Assembly: GCF_006345805.1 (NCBI RefSeq)
Contig: NC_043011.1
Span: forward strand, 65,112,464-65,176,463
Reading direction: 5' to 3'
From: Octopus sinensis
Lineage: Eukaryota
DNA: 64,000 nucleotides
Position 1 is the stretch's first letter. The number at the start of each line of letters is the position of its first letter. Position numbers and translations under genes: made by a program. This document shows positions 1-11,239 of the stretch, in pieces. The notes below the pieces were generated by a model, which was given only the letters and a program-made list of their open reading frames with translations, had not been told where the DNA came from and did not search any database.

Positions 1-374
1 AACAAGATAAGGACAAAAATTCGTCAAATATAAATAATGTAAAAGCATCCTGCTGAAATTAAAGTTTGTGCAATGAATATTTCTAAATATATATTTTCCT
101 TTGTATTGCAAATTTTAAAAAAATTGATTCGGATAACATATTTAATATAAACATGTCTTTGTATTGGGCTGAAATTTTCTGGTTTTCAAAGAGTCGAAAA
201 TAATTCGCCAGAATACATTTAAATGTTGAACTGAATCGAACTGTTTTTGATTGTGTTTTTTAAAGGGTTTAGAAATACATCCGACGTTGCAATTGTTTTT
301 GTTTTGAGAACATGATCTCAGGTCACCATACGTTTTGGTTTAGATTTAGTATTAAATAAATATTTGTTATAATT

Positions 375-1245
375 ATAATTTAATGTTTTGAGATACCACA
401 TTCTATCGATTTCAATCCACAAACTTTTGCTTTTTATAAGCTTCCCTAATTCCTTGCCAGGAATATTACGTTCACAATATACGCTCAACTCAATCAATAA
501 AGACATATTATTTTGGGTTTCACTACAATATACGGTTTTAAAGCGTTGATAGTCCGCTCTCTATGAACAGAAATGTCACAATGTATCGTTACATTTTCTC
601 TCTCAGTTACAGACTCTAGATGATGCTTGTAACATTTGTCAGCAATTTCATTTTATAATAGTGACATATCGTTGCATTATTATCACTTTGATTCTTCTTC
701 ATTTCTAATACATTGGCCTGGCATTTCCCTGTTAATCATCTCTGAATTTGATCAACCTAGATAAAGCCTTCACTTTCTACCTTTAGCCCCGATCTCGGGA
801 GCTACTGATGGTTGTATTTCTTCTGTACATCATTGTATTTGCTACGGGCCACATTTTTTCCATGCCTATATTTTTGCTCCCACCTATCACTCATATGCAC
901 TAACTCTTTTTTGCTTACCATTGATTTAAACTTCTTTGCATCAATTGTGGTTGCACTCCCATCATGCTCTAAGGTCTGGATTTTATGCATAAACTCAGTG
1001 AAGGTTTTGCTCACTCTTCGATGGCAGAGTGAAACTTCTTACGTCTGAAGTGGATTTTAAGAATTCTATCATCACGCTGTTAATATTTCCAAGATATTAT
1101 TCAGTCCAATTGTTGGGCTTTTGTAAGAGATTTCAAACTGGATCAATCCTAGACTTGCTTGGGCTCTCAGAAAGTAAAAACGATGTTCGTCTGCCTTTGA
1201 TAGTTGCATCTTATTGCAAGTCAGCAGATTACAGATTTCCCTATG
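375..1245 (-). mobile_element. Degraded R4/Dong-like (RLE-type) non-LTR retrotransposon fragment
   Basis: RWEQKYRHGKNVARSK, LGLIQFEISYKSPTIGL and SKSLWIEIDRMWYLK resemble the more intact copies at 16017-22035. Confidence 0.7.
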
Positions 1246-1699
1246 AATCTTCCTTCTTTCGCGGGTATATTTTGAGGTTATATCAGCCGAAAGGTTTTTT
1301 TAACAATAAAAAAGTTGCGGGCAAATATCCGTCTAATGTGAATAATGTAAATGATGTAATAAAATCTCATATTACGAATTTTGTTTAGAAATTTATATGC
1401 ATGTAATAGATGAGCTGATATGTACACTCAATTAGACTTTGGGAAGATACAATTAGCAAGGTTGAGCAAAAACAATTGTAAAATATATAGATATATTGAA
1501 GGTGTTTTTATTCAATTTTCTAATTAAAAAGGTAAATATAGTTAATTATAATAATAGGAGTTTTGCATGGGAAAAATAGACTGGAATGAAAGATGCGGGT
1601 TCTGTATCGTAGTATATTCTTAAGTATTCAACCTGGATAATTAGAAACCAGCATTTAACCCTGGAAAATTAAACCAAAAGAAGAAAGTAAACTGATGAT

Positions 1700-1990
1700 A
1701 TTTCTGCTGTATTTAGATTTGCGAAACAAATTCCTGAAATTGTTCTGTGAATACTATGTGTATTGTGGAGGGTGTTACTGTTCCAGTCGTGTTCTCTATT
1801 GAGGCTCGCCTCTCTACAGATAAGTGTATAGCCTCTATAATCTGCCGAGGTGTCGTGTCTGTTCTGTGCGTCGAAAGTACTTAAACCACATTTTCTTTCG
1901 GGACTTTGGACAGCCGCAGCGCCATAGGCTGAGAGGATGCGAATGAGTGGAATGTCCACAGTGCTGTTAAAATTTAGAACACGTACACAA
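1700..1990 (-). mobile_element. Probable Penelope-like element remnant (also about 56270-56520)
   Basis: The second copy reads KVLSTHRTDSTPRQITEAIHISADRPSLNRVHD, resembling the EAIxI...PSLN C-terminus of PLE endonucleases. Confidence 0.4.
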
Positions 1991-2430
1991 TCAGACACTG
2001 ATGTACACACACAAGCACAGACACACACACACACACACAGAAGAAAACACAATTGCAGATGAACATAAGTATACACCTCTAAGAAGAACACAATAGTATA
2101 ATAGGAGAAAGAAGACACACCTAAGTGAAAAGTGGCGACAGATGTGTGACGAAAACCAAGCGGTCACACATGTATGAGGAAAAATACCAGGACAGTAGAG
2201 AGGAGTTAAAATTAAAAGAATAATAACAGCAAGAAACGAGTGATGAAACATATATATAGTAAGTGTTTTTTATTTGGGAAAAGAATATAATAGCAGAACA
2301 ATCGTTTCGGCTTCGGACTGTGTGTGTGGTATGATGTTATAACAGCAGATGCAACTCAAAGTGCTGTAGGCCTTATTCAGGCTATATAACATGCGTTAAA
2401 GTTTTATATTTCAGTTTCTCTGCCAGCAAT

Positions 2431-2465
<35 letters not shown>

Positions 2466-2989
2466 GCAGTGCAGATCCATTTGTTACTGTAAGAAAAATT
2501 AGGGTCAGGGACAAAATTTAAAAAAATAAATATACAAACTATCAAGCATGCATCAGGGTGTGGCTGTTTAAATTTGTAATGAAGAACCATTTGATAGTTA
2601 AATAAAAAGTAAATATTTCTAAGTATAGGGTGTATATGGAGGGACAAGAGAATGAAAGGCTACAGCGCGTGTAAGCTTTTGAAATATGACTGGGGCTATC
2701 AAAGAGAACACTGTGGTTAGAGTCATGTAATTAGAAGTTGTGGAGTCGTAGATTTACGCCCATACACAGACAGACACACAAAGACATTCATATGTATATG
2801 TGAACGCGAGGCATCACTCTTATACGCTCATATATAGACACATATAAACACACTTTTACACACTTCTAATAGGCAAACAAACAACCTTAGAATTTCCAAC
2901 TTAGATTTCAAAAGAAATTTTGGGATATTACATCTGAACTGGATTTGCACTCTTTCAGCCAAAAAGTCTAATTTATTCAGTACGTTCAC

Positions 2990-3600
2990 ATAAGTTTTGG
3001 AATTCTCAGTTATTTTCTATTTTATCACATGCGCTATTTCGTTAATTTTCATTGTGGAAGCGTTGCTGACAAACTTCGTAGCTTTACATTTAGCCGTATG
3101 CCGTAAGGGGGCAAATTGATTGACAGAGCGATATTTATACTCACTATCACATAATCCAATATAGGCCTTCGTATCAGTCGTAATATTTGTTAGGAATGCA
3201 GTAACGTTTGCCTCATATATGATAGATTTAGTCATGCATCGTTGGTCAATAAAGACGGTCCTGGGCTGCGACATTTGCAACTAGATGTAAGCTATTGCAA
3301 TTGACAACGTTTAACTATACTCTCTATATTGGGGCACTCTATTATAAATGTTATTATTACTAAGAAGAATCTTAAATATCGGCAAAATCAATTTATTTGG
3401 TTCACCACACATAATGCTGTCTTAGACAAACACTTTCCAGCAACTCCCAGTGAGAGAAAATATTCAATTGGTGTTCGGTAACATTATCTGCTGCCACAAT
3501 ATGAAGTCTATCATTACAGGTGGTCAATACCAAGAGCCTGCATCCAGTAGTAATTGTCGCCACGAATAATCCGGTTCACTTAAACAACAATGTATGATGA
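2990..3600. mobile_element. Penelope-like GIY-YIG endonuclease remnant, rearranged (paralog about 57800-58400)
   Basis: Minus strand CMTKSIIYEANVTA...TKAYIGLCDSEYKYR; plus strand LDKHFP segment next to it in the opposite orientation. Confidence 0.65.
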
Positions 3601-3974
3601 AATCTATCGTTTAAGTGGCAGAGGTTAGTGCAACCGTAAATAATAATAATAAAATTGATAAAAATGCGAAATAAGTATAACGCGTTAATTCAATTCGAAA
3701 CTGAGGCGACATATTTATCAAATAAATCCTGAAGATGTTTCTGTCATGCTGTTTATTAACTGTTATTACATATAATGTATGTCGAAATGTTCAAGAAGGG
3801 GAATAAAGGATTAATAAAAAAGAAAATACAGGATGAGACATTATGTACAATAAGATGAATAAGTTGGAATAACCGAAAGTTTGGAAATTGGAAAATGCAG
3901 TGAACATTGCTATAGAAAAGGCCCCGCACTTAATTTGCATATATAACTGCGTGTATATGTGCACGTGTAGAAAC

Positions 3975-4335
3975 GTGTTTCTATCTATGTATATTCACAC
4001 TTGGGCAAGTGTCTTCTACTATAGCCCCGGGCCGACCAATGCCTTGTGAGTGGATTTGGTAGACGGAAACTGAAAGAAGCCTGTCGTATATATGTATATA
4101 TATATATGTATGTATGTATGTGTGTGTTTGTGTGTCTGCTGTGTTTGTCCCCCTAGCATTGCTTGACAACCGATGCTGGTGTGTTTACGTCCCCGTAACT
4201 TAGCGGTTCGGCAAAAGAGACCGATATATTAAGTACTGGGCTTACAAAGAATAAGTCCCGGGGTCGAGTTGCTCGACTAAAGGCGGTACTCCAGCATGGC
4301 CGCAGTCAAAATGACTGAAACAAGTAAAAGAAAGA
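3975..4335 (-). mobile_element. Octopus-type SINE-like interspersed repeat
   Basis: Reverse complement contains cagtcattttgactgcggccatgctggagtaccgcc...gccgaaccgctaagttacggggacgtaaacacaccagcatcggttgtcaagc, recalled as an abundant octopus repeat. Confidence 0.7.
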
Positions 4336-4338
4336 AAG

Positions 4339-4403
<65 letters not shown>

Positions 4404-4406
<3 letters not shown>

Positions 4407-4612
4407 TTTATTCGTTTACTTGCTTCAGTCATATTGCTCCAGCCATGCTAGAGGACGGTCATAATGTTTTTAAGGCGCAGAAATAGACCCAGCCCTTATT
4501 TTTTTTTAAACTAGTACTTACTCTTTTACTTACTTTTTCGCAAGCCGGCCAATTAACGTGACATAACCAAATCAGAATCGGTTGACAAGCGATGGTGGAA
4601 TGACAAAGACAG

Positions 4613-4615
<3 letters not shown>
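4404..4615 (+). mobile_element. Older diverged copy of the same SINE-like repeat, head-to-head across (AT)n
   Basis: cttgcttcagtcatattgctccagccatgctagag...atcggttgacaagcgatggtgg followed by (CA)n. Confidence 0.6.
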
Positions 4616-4654
<39 letters not shown>

Positions 4655-4656
4655 CG

Positions 4657-4713
<57 letters not shown>

Positions 4714-4786
4714 TAATAGAAATATTATCTATATATATATAGATAATAGAAATATTAAAATTACTAAGTCTCTATGTTCCCGGAAA

Positions 4787-4927
4787 ATAATAGTTATCGC
4801 CATACTAATATGGCATTCTTATAAAAATAAGAATAAAGCTGTCCGCTTATTAGAATGGAGTTAACAAGCGGACAGCTTTATTCTTATTTTTATAAGAATG
4901 CCATATTAGTATGGCGATAACTATTAT
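4787..4927. repeat. Perfect inverted repeat, 62-bp arms and 17-nt loop
   Basis: 4787-4848 is the exact reverse complement of 4866-4927. Confidence 0.95.
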
Positions 4928-4978
4928 ATATAGATATATATATGTATATACATATATACATACATACATAATCACAAA

Positions 4979-5024
<46 letters not shown>

Positions 5025-5072
5025 TATATATATGTATATACATATATACATACATACATACTTAATCACAAA

Positions 5073-5115
<43 letters not shown>

Positions 5116-6389
5116 CTACTTATATATATAAGCATCCGTCTGCCAAATACCCTCACAAGGCATTCGCCGGCCAGAGACCATAGTTGTCACTTGCACATGG
5201 TGAGACTAAACTTCTGTTAGTAGCGCTTTAATAAAGGCGTTGTACTGATTCAGGTAAAGCGAACTTTGTATTGCACGGAGGATTATCTTGCGGTCAAAGT
5301 TATACAATTGTAATAACTGACAACCTGAATTTCAAAAATATATCGAAGAACAAGTAAAGCTGATGGTGCTTCAATACGTCGCCAGACAGAAATTACGAGT
5401 TCAAGCGTGCGGGAGATTCAATCACAGGTGAGACGTCACTAACGCAGAACCAGGGAACATCGAGGTACCGAAGTTCCCCACTCCAAACTGATGGCGATTA
5501 ACTATGGCAAATATTGTACGGGATGTGGACGTAAAATATTTCTAGTACTGCATATTTTCCCGTTAATAATTAGCAAGATGATAAAAAGAACCAAAACATT
5601 TATGTATTATTTTCGTTAGATATTTGTTGCAAGGAATCAGGTAAACATGCTGCTTTAGTGTACAACTTTAGACTTTAGATTTCTGGAGAAATAATACCAT
5701 CGAAGAATGAAAATTCTATGCAAGCCAAGACAGAGGGAAAGTATATATGCATAAACTTACAATAATCTGCCCCAAACGCTCAGAAATTGTGTTCTATAGG
5801 AAACCCGAAAATCATCTTCCCGTCAGATCCCTGAAACTCTCATTGTGAAATTTCACGTCCACATGCTGTCACAGACTAACCGTTTCTGTCAGATTTTCAT
5901 AAAAAAATATATATTGAGTATATTTAAGGGAGTTTAAAAAAACCTCACAATATCTATTTCCTATGATTTTATGAACATGGAAATCATAGTAAATTATTCT
6001 AAGATTCTTATAGTGCCGCCTGCTGTGGCGAGGACAGCAGATCAATTTCCCTTCAACATTAAATGTTCTGAAAAAACGGTATCTATAGCGTAATTTGTCA
6101 CAAACATAAAATAAATACTTGTAAATTATTTGAAAGGAAGTAACGTCTTGATTATGTCTTCTTGTCGTGCATTGGATTGATTTATCACGAAATTAATGCC
6201 ATCTGGGCAGCACATTTTTTTAAAATCTCATACATATGATAGCAGAGAGGCTCATAAAAATGTTTCTTCTTAAACTCATAAATTCTAAATAACTGACGTG
6301 CAAACACAATATTTCATCATGAACAATAAACATTTAAAGAGTTTATAGTCATAAATATACGGAGTGTAACGTATTTTAATTCATATTCA

Positions 6390-6426
6390 TATATAAAAAA
6401 GCTATCTTGAAGACAGCTTTATAAAA
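6390..6426 (+). promoter_or_regulatory. Candidate TATA-box region upstream of gene A
   Basis: TATAAAA at 6392 and 6420, about 60 and 35 nt before the ATG, also present upstream of gene B. Weak evidence in AT-rich DNA. Confidence 0.3.
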
Positions 6427-6453
6427 AAAAACCGGTGGTGAATAAGTGAAATT

Positions 6454-6493
6454 ATGATGAAAATTGCAGCTTTTATTTTTGTTCTCTTAATTA
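6454..6493 (+). CDS. Gene A exon 1: signal peptide MMKIAAFIFVLLI + phase-1 donor
   Basis: ATG ATG AAA ATT GCA GCT TTT ATT TTT GTT CTC TTA ATT A|gtaagt. Basic-then-hydrophobic N-terminus and consensus donor. A 40-nt exon with the same phase recurs at 26425, 38791 and 60159. Confidence 0.85.
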
Positions 6494-6653
6494 GTAAGTA
6501 TTTTTATTACTATCTTGCTAATTGATCTGACAATAATTATCAGTATATCTCTGAGTTTCAATCAGTGTAATTAAAAAAGAAAAAAAATAGAGCAGTAAAT
6601 ATTTATCATAATTCCTCTTTGTAAATATATTTCTGTATCGACTTAAACAATTA

Positions 6654-7540
6654 CACTGTACGATAGAAAAAAAACGGTTTCCTTGCTATTTAATAATTTT
6701 CAGCTGATTTAAGTTAATTTTGGGTTGCCGAATCAGAATCTGACATCAGTTGACAGAGAGCATGTGTAGTTGTTTAGTTATTCACAGCATATTCCACGCG
6801 GTTGATCATATTGACAATATATTAGACTATTTGATTTCGATTTACACTCATAAACTCATCACGGAAACAAAAAACAAGTGCTGATAGAAGAGAATATAGG
6901 CTGCGTGTTAAATTGCCACACAAGATGAGAATTCATTTTTCATTGACATCGCTGTGGTTGTAGTATTGAATGCGCGCCGAGTGATACAATGGATCACTGT
7001 GAATGACCAGGATCTTTAAAAAAGATTTCTCATTTATTAATTCAACCTGAGTGGAATGATTTAGTTAGACACTCGGATTTATCAAAACAAAAACGATCCA
7101 AAATACTGGAAACCAATTTGAAACAATGTTTTTTCCGCACAATGGCAATGAATATCATTCTATACCACAAGTACTAGCTGTAGGACTAAAGGATACTTAT
7201 GAATCAATGGATAGAATTTCGCTCTTGATTATATATTGTGAACACAAGTGTAATATATGCGGGGTCTTGAAAGTTATTGGTTTGTTTCTTGGGTTGCAAA
7301 TGGGCTATAAAAATCACCCGTGCATTAAGTGCCTTTGGAAAAGCCGAGATGACAATCATCACTTTGTTCAAAAAAATTGGCCAACGTGAAGTGATTTCAA
7401 TCAGGGAGATACAACGTTAAATAAATCCCTTTAGTTGACCCTCATAAAATTTGCCTTCCTCCCTTACACATTTAAGTTGGCTTGTTTAAGAATTTTGTTA
7501 AAGCTTTGAATGAAGATCGTCACGTGATTAGAACCACAAG
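6654..7540 (+). mobile_element. DNA transposon remnant, probably Chapaev3/CMC-like (paralogs about 26620-27460 and 60356-61450)
   Basis: CACTG terminus; FFPHNGNEYHSIP...LKDTYESM...ICGVLKVIGLFLGLQMGY...CIKCLW transposase motifs. Superfamily assigned from memory. Confidence 0.55.
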
Positions 7541-7829
7541 CTTTAATATGAAAAATGCCGCTAAGATTACTTATACTCCATTCTCCGTTTCGCACGTTAT
7601 TACAGGAGGCACTTTGTTATTCAGTAGAGAGTCCCATTTGTAAGGTATATTGCAATCACCACACAATGTCGGGAAAAAGAGGGTAAGTAATGATGTAGAA
7701 AAATCTACTAGATAGGTAAAATCGGTGTCTCCTTTAAGAAATACCGATGATGTTGAAGAAGCATTTTGGAAACACCAGTCCAAGGGGAATATATATATAT
7801 ATATATTGGGAATATGCAATAAGAACAAA

Positions 7830-8150
7830 AGACGTAGACGAGTGACAAAACGAGAAACAAATGTATCATTTTAAGGCACCGGAATTGAGAGTATTTAAAG
7901 GAACAAAGAAAAAAAAAGGGAGAGAAAATATAAAAGGTTTAATAGCTAGGGATTTATGATAGCGAATGCCGAACAAAGGGGCACGCCCTCCGTCTTCCCT
8001 TTCTCTTGGCCTTTCCACTGTTCTCTGATTCAGAAGAACAGTTTTGCTCGAATGTAGTGCTATCTTCCTTTCCTTCACTGAGTGTCTGCTAATGCGTTTC
8101 ATGTACCACGTCGTTGCCTTTTGTTTTTTCTTCGTTTTTTAGGGTGGAAC
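7830..8150 (+). repeat. Interspersed repeat in intron 1 (also about 42860-43230 and 61735-62095)
   Basis: Three homologous copies at equivalent positions in genes A, C and D. Confidence 0.7.
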
Positions 8151-8241
8151 TAATTATGTGTTTTTACATTAATATATATATATATATACATGTATGTATA
8201 TGTATATGTATGTATGTTTATATGTATATATATATATATAT

Positions 8242-9147
8242 ACATTTCCTCATCCAGGGAGCAAGAACGGCTGAGTGTGCTGCCCAGTTAGACAAACTTG
8301 TCTAGTACCTTCAGAATCGTTCCTTCAACCAATATAGCTGGTTCTATATATGGATTTCCTGGTGCAAGCTGGAACATTACAACAGTCTTGTCCAGGCTAA
8401 TGCTGAGTCCAAATGCCCTGCAAGAAGCAGAAATGCATGTCTCGTGTCTGGTCCCAACATGGCATCGCAAGGAGAACAAAGGTTGCTGTGTACCGTACTT
8501 GTGTACTGACATCGCTTCTCTACTTTTGTGAGACATGGACTCTGTACAAACGTCAGCTCAAGATCCGTGAACGTTTTCATCAGAGATTCCTCAGGCACAT
8601 TCTCAATGTTGGCTGGACCTCAAAAATTCCAGACACACAGATTCTGACGACAGCAGATATCTTGAGTATTGAGGCGATGTCACAAAGGCACCGGTTGCGT
8701 TGGACTGGACACATTAGAATGAAGGATAGAAGGATTCCTAAGCAGATGCTCTATGGAGAACTTGTGAATGGAAGGAGACTCCGGCAGAAACCAAGGCTGT
8801 GATATAAGGACTGTGTCAAGTCCTCGTTAAAGGCCTTTGATATGCAGGACGCTGACTGGGAGAACAATGCCAGTCATCGCCACAGATGGAGGAAGCAGGT
8901 TAAGGAGAGGATCGACACTTTTGAGAGAGCACGTATCCAGCATGAAGAACTTAAGCAAGCGGTGCAAAAGCGCACGGCTCGTATAGTGAATGGGAAAAGC
9001 TTGGTCTGCAATGTTTGCAGTCGTGTACGCTTGTAAAGAGCAGGGCTCATTAGCCAGCAACGGAGCCGCAAATGCAAAATATAAGATAGTCCTAGAGCGC
9101 ACAATTTTCCTGAACGTCGACATTGGTCTTGCTCGGTCACGAGTGGA
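8242..9147 (+). mobile_element. 5'-truncated RTE-clade LINE with inverted 5' segment
   Basis: Plus strand RTKVAVYRTCVLTSLLYFCETWTLY...RLRWTGHIRMKDRRIPKQMLYGEL. 8242-8436 encodes the preceding RT part CRAFGLSISLDKTVVM...KFV*LGSTLS on the minus strand. Confidence 0.9.
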
Positions 9148-9304
9148 CGGTCATCATGTATATATATATATACATATATGTATATGTATGTGTATATGTA
9201 CTATATATATATACACATATATATTACATATATATAATGTCTATCTATCTATTTATATATACAAGTTGTGACCGCGTGCGCATATATAAATATAAAAATA
9301 TTTA

Positions 9305-9351
<47 letters not shown>

Positions 9352-9493
9352 ATAAATATATATGTATGTATGTGTATATATGTATAATAAGAGATTTTCT
9401 GCTCTTCTTTCTGCTACCGATTTAAGTTAGTTCGACAGTTTAAATCAAAGATGAATGTAACTTCATGATTAAAAATTTTCCTTCAAATCCTAG

Positions 9494-9593
9494 GTGTATC
9501 AACGTCTTTCTTTATTCCCATGTGTACTGGTTACTCGGACATTCGTTGTGCCTACACCTATAGAAACAATGCAGCCGCACGCCCTGTCCATCG
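9494..9593 (+). CDS. Gene A exon 2: (S)VSTSFFIPMCTGYSDIRCAYTYRNNAAARPVH(R)
   Basis: ttttccttcaaatcctag| acceptor, CG|gtaggt donor. 100 nt, open in the phase set by exon 1, codon-aligned with three paralogous exons. Confidence 0.85.
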
Positions 9594-10139
9594 GTAGGTA
9601 TGAATAAAATAACAGATTACATTATTAATCTGAATGAAAGTTTGCAAACATAAAATACTTAAAATGTTGTTGTTCTTATGTCACCTTTTATCGTCAAATT
9701 GTGTCTATGTAAAATTCATATTTGACAAAATATAATTTATATATATTTTTGTTATATATAATCTATTGGAGAATATTAGAGAAGGAAATATAATTTATGG
9801 ACATTTGTATTTCTAACTCATTTTTTCCGAATATAATTTTTACTGTTCATTCTAAAATCTGTGTTCATTAATTAAAACATTGTTTGTACGATGTGATTAA
9901 TAACTAAATATTTTATAATGGAGAAAATATCAATTTGAAAAATTCATCATGTACAAAATTACAGAGAGTTTGAAGTAAAATTCATAATGTAATATCTGAC
10001 AACACTCCGACCTTGGTAAACTGATTGACCTAACAATACAAAGATTAATATGGTTTAGAAGTGAATATGTAATCATGAAAATACAAGGTAATTTTGAAAG
10101 TCTGAGGATGCGATTGGTTACATAGGAAAACAAAGAAGG

Positions 10140-10700
10140 ATTGGCATTTTTCTGATATTAGTATTAACATTAAAGGACCATGCCTGTTTCCCCATCATCA
10201 TGCATGTTAGTATGAGGAACCGAATATCGAGCTTAATCTTTGCCAATGAACCCGTACTTGGACGGATGACAAACTTTATGAAGAAACATGCTTGATTGTT
10301 TCATTAGAAAAACGGCAGAAACCACGGAAAACAGGTTTTTGCAAGACGATATGAAACAGAGGCTGCCATTAAGAGACAGTTTTAGAACTGCTACAGGATG
10401 TTGTGTGGTTCAACGTTTGAAAACAGTCGGTTGTCATGATTGTTCCCCCGTCACTCATTAGTATGACGGACGAAAAAGCGAGGTTAAGCTTTGCTAAAAT
10501 TATCGTAGTTTGGATGGATGACAATTGATTCTGTCTGTTCTTCAATGACAAATGCAAGTTCAGTTTGGTTGCCTTCGGTAATAGGCAGGACATGAGACGT
10601 CTGAAAATTGCAGGATTGCTACCTTAATGCCTGAAGATATGATGGAAACTTTGAGCTAGGCGTGTAATGGTATAGTGAAGGGCTTCTTCAATAATTTAGG
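10140..10700 (+). mobile_element. Tc1-like transposase remnant, 5' part (paralogs about 31900-32500, 45000-45640, 63160-63790)
   Basis: Degenerate ISMTDEKARLSFAK...DKCKFSL segment typical of Tc1 N-terminal/first catalytic D region. Confidence 0.65.
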
Positions 10701-10719
10701 CAGAATTACTTTCAGGTAT

Positions 10720-11190
10720 TCATCAAGTGTTCTGGTGGAATTTCGAACCGTATTAATTCCGAAGGTATTATTGTTTCCGTTCTCACATTTTTAGTAGCTT
10801 GCGCTCTTATCCACTGCGCTATATGTCCATAGGCATTTATAAAGCGAGTTGTGGGGCTTACAGGCCTAAACATTTTTGGTTTTCTTGATACCGTTTTCCA
10901 TATTACACTCAAATCAGTATTAGGTCTGCTTAACAGTTTACAGCGTCCTGACGCAATTGCCGCCAGTTTTAATTTTCCTATTTTCTAATGGTTTTCTCTG
11001 CCTATTAATTTAACTTCATCCCAGAGCGAAAGGTGGCCTCCGCTTTTCCATACAGGAACGGCTATGACCGCTTGTCAGAGCCTACCCCATTGATCAAATT
11101 CTGGATCAGGTAGGAAATTCCACCATGAAACCTGATAAAAGCTGTAGAGTAAATCAGCCGAAACGTTGACAACAAACACTATGCAGACAA
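10720..11190 (-). mobile_element. Penelope-like remnant inserted in the Tc1 (paralogs about 32500-33060, 45640-46200, 63790-64000)
   Basis: PTTRFINAYGHIAQWIR resembles the PLE GIY-YIG TTRRLxxRIxEHIPxWL motif. Confidence 0.45.
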
Positions 11191-11239
11191 ATAATGTGTG
11201 AGAATCAAAGTTCTTTGTTTGTCTAAAATATAACATCCT

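Larger units (their letters stand above)
375..3960 (+). repeat. Segmental duplication matching about 54790-58760
   Basis: Collinear modules upstream of genes A and D. Confidence 0.85.
5200..7780 (+). repeat. Duplicated upstream/exon-1/intron-1 block (matches about 25090-27630 and 59085-61700)
   Basis: Collinear three-way similarity with indels. Confidence 0.88.

Noticed and set aside
7571-7780. Minus-strand segment TLCGDCNIPYKWDSLL conserved in A, B and D, and a possible 17-20-nt plus-strand mini-exon within it
   Set aside because: Upstream stops and frameshifts in D, no consistent acceptor, and a mini-exon length that is not a multiple of 3. More likely a duplicated transposon relic.
9494-9593. 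Assignment of the peptides to Ly6/uPAR three-finger proteins, defensins or conotoxins
   Set aside because: Only 2-4 Cys in about 20 residues; no CCxxDxCN, CS-alpha-beta or conotoxin framework is conserved, so no family name or gene symbol is justified.
9930-10133. Recurrent ORF MFSYVTNRILRLSK... (also 31743, 62954)
   Set aside because: Antisense intronic sequence with lengths and stops that vary between copies.
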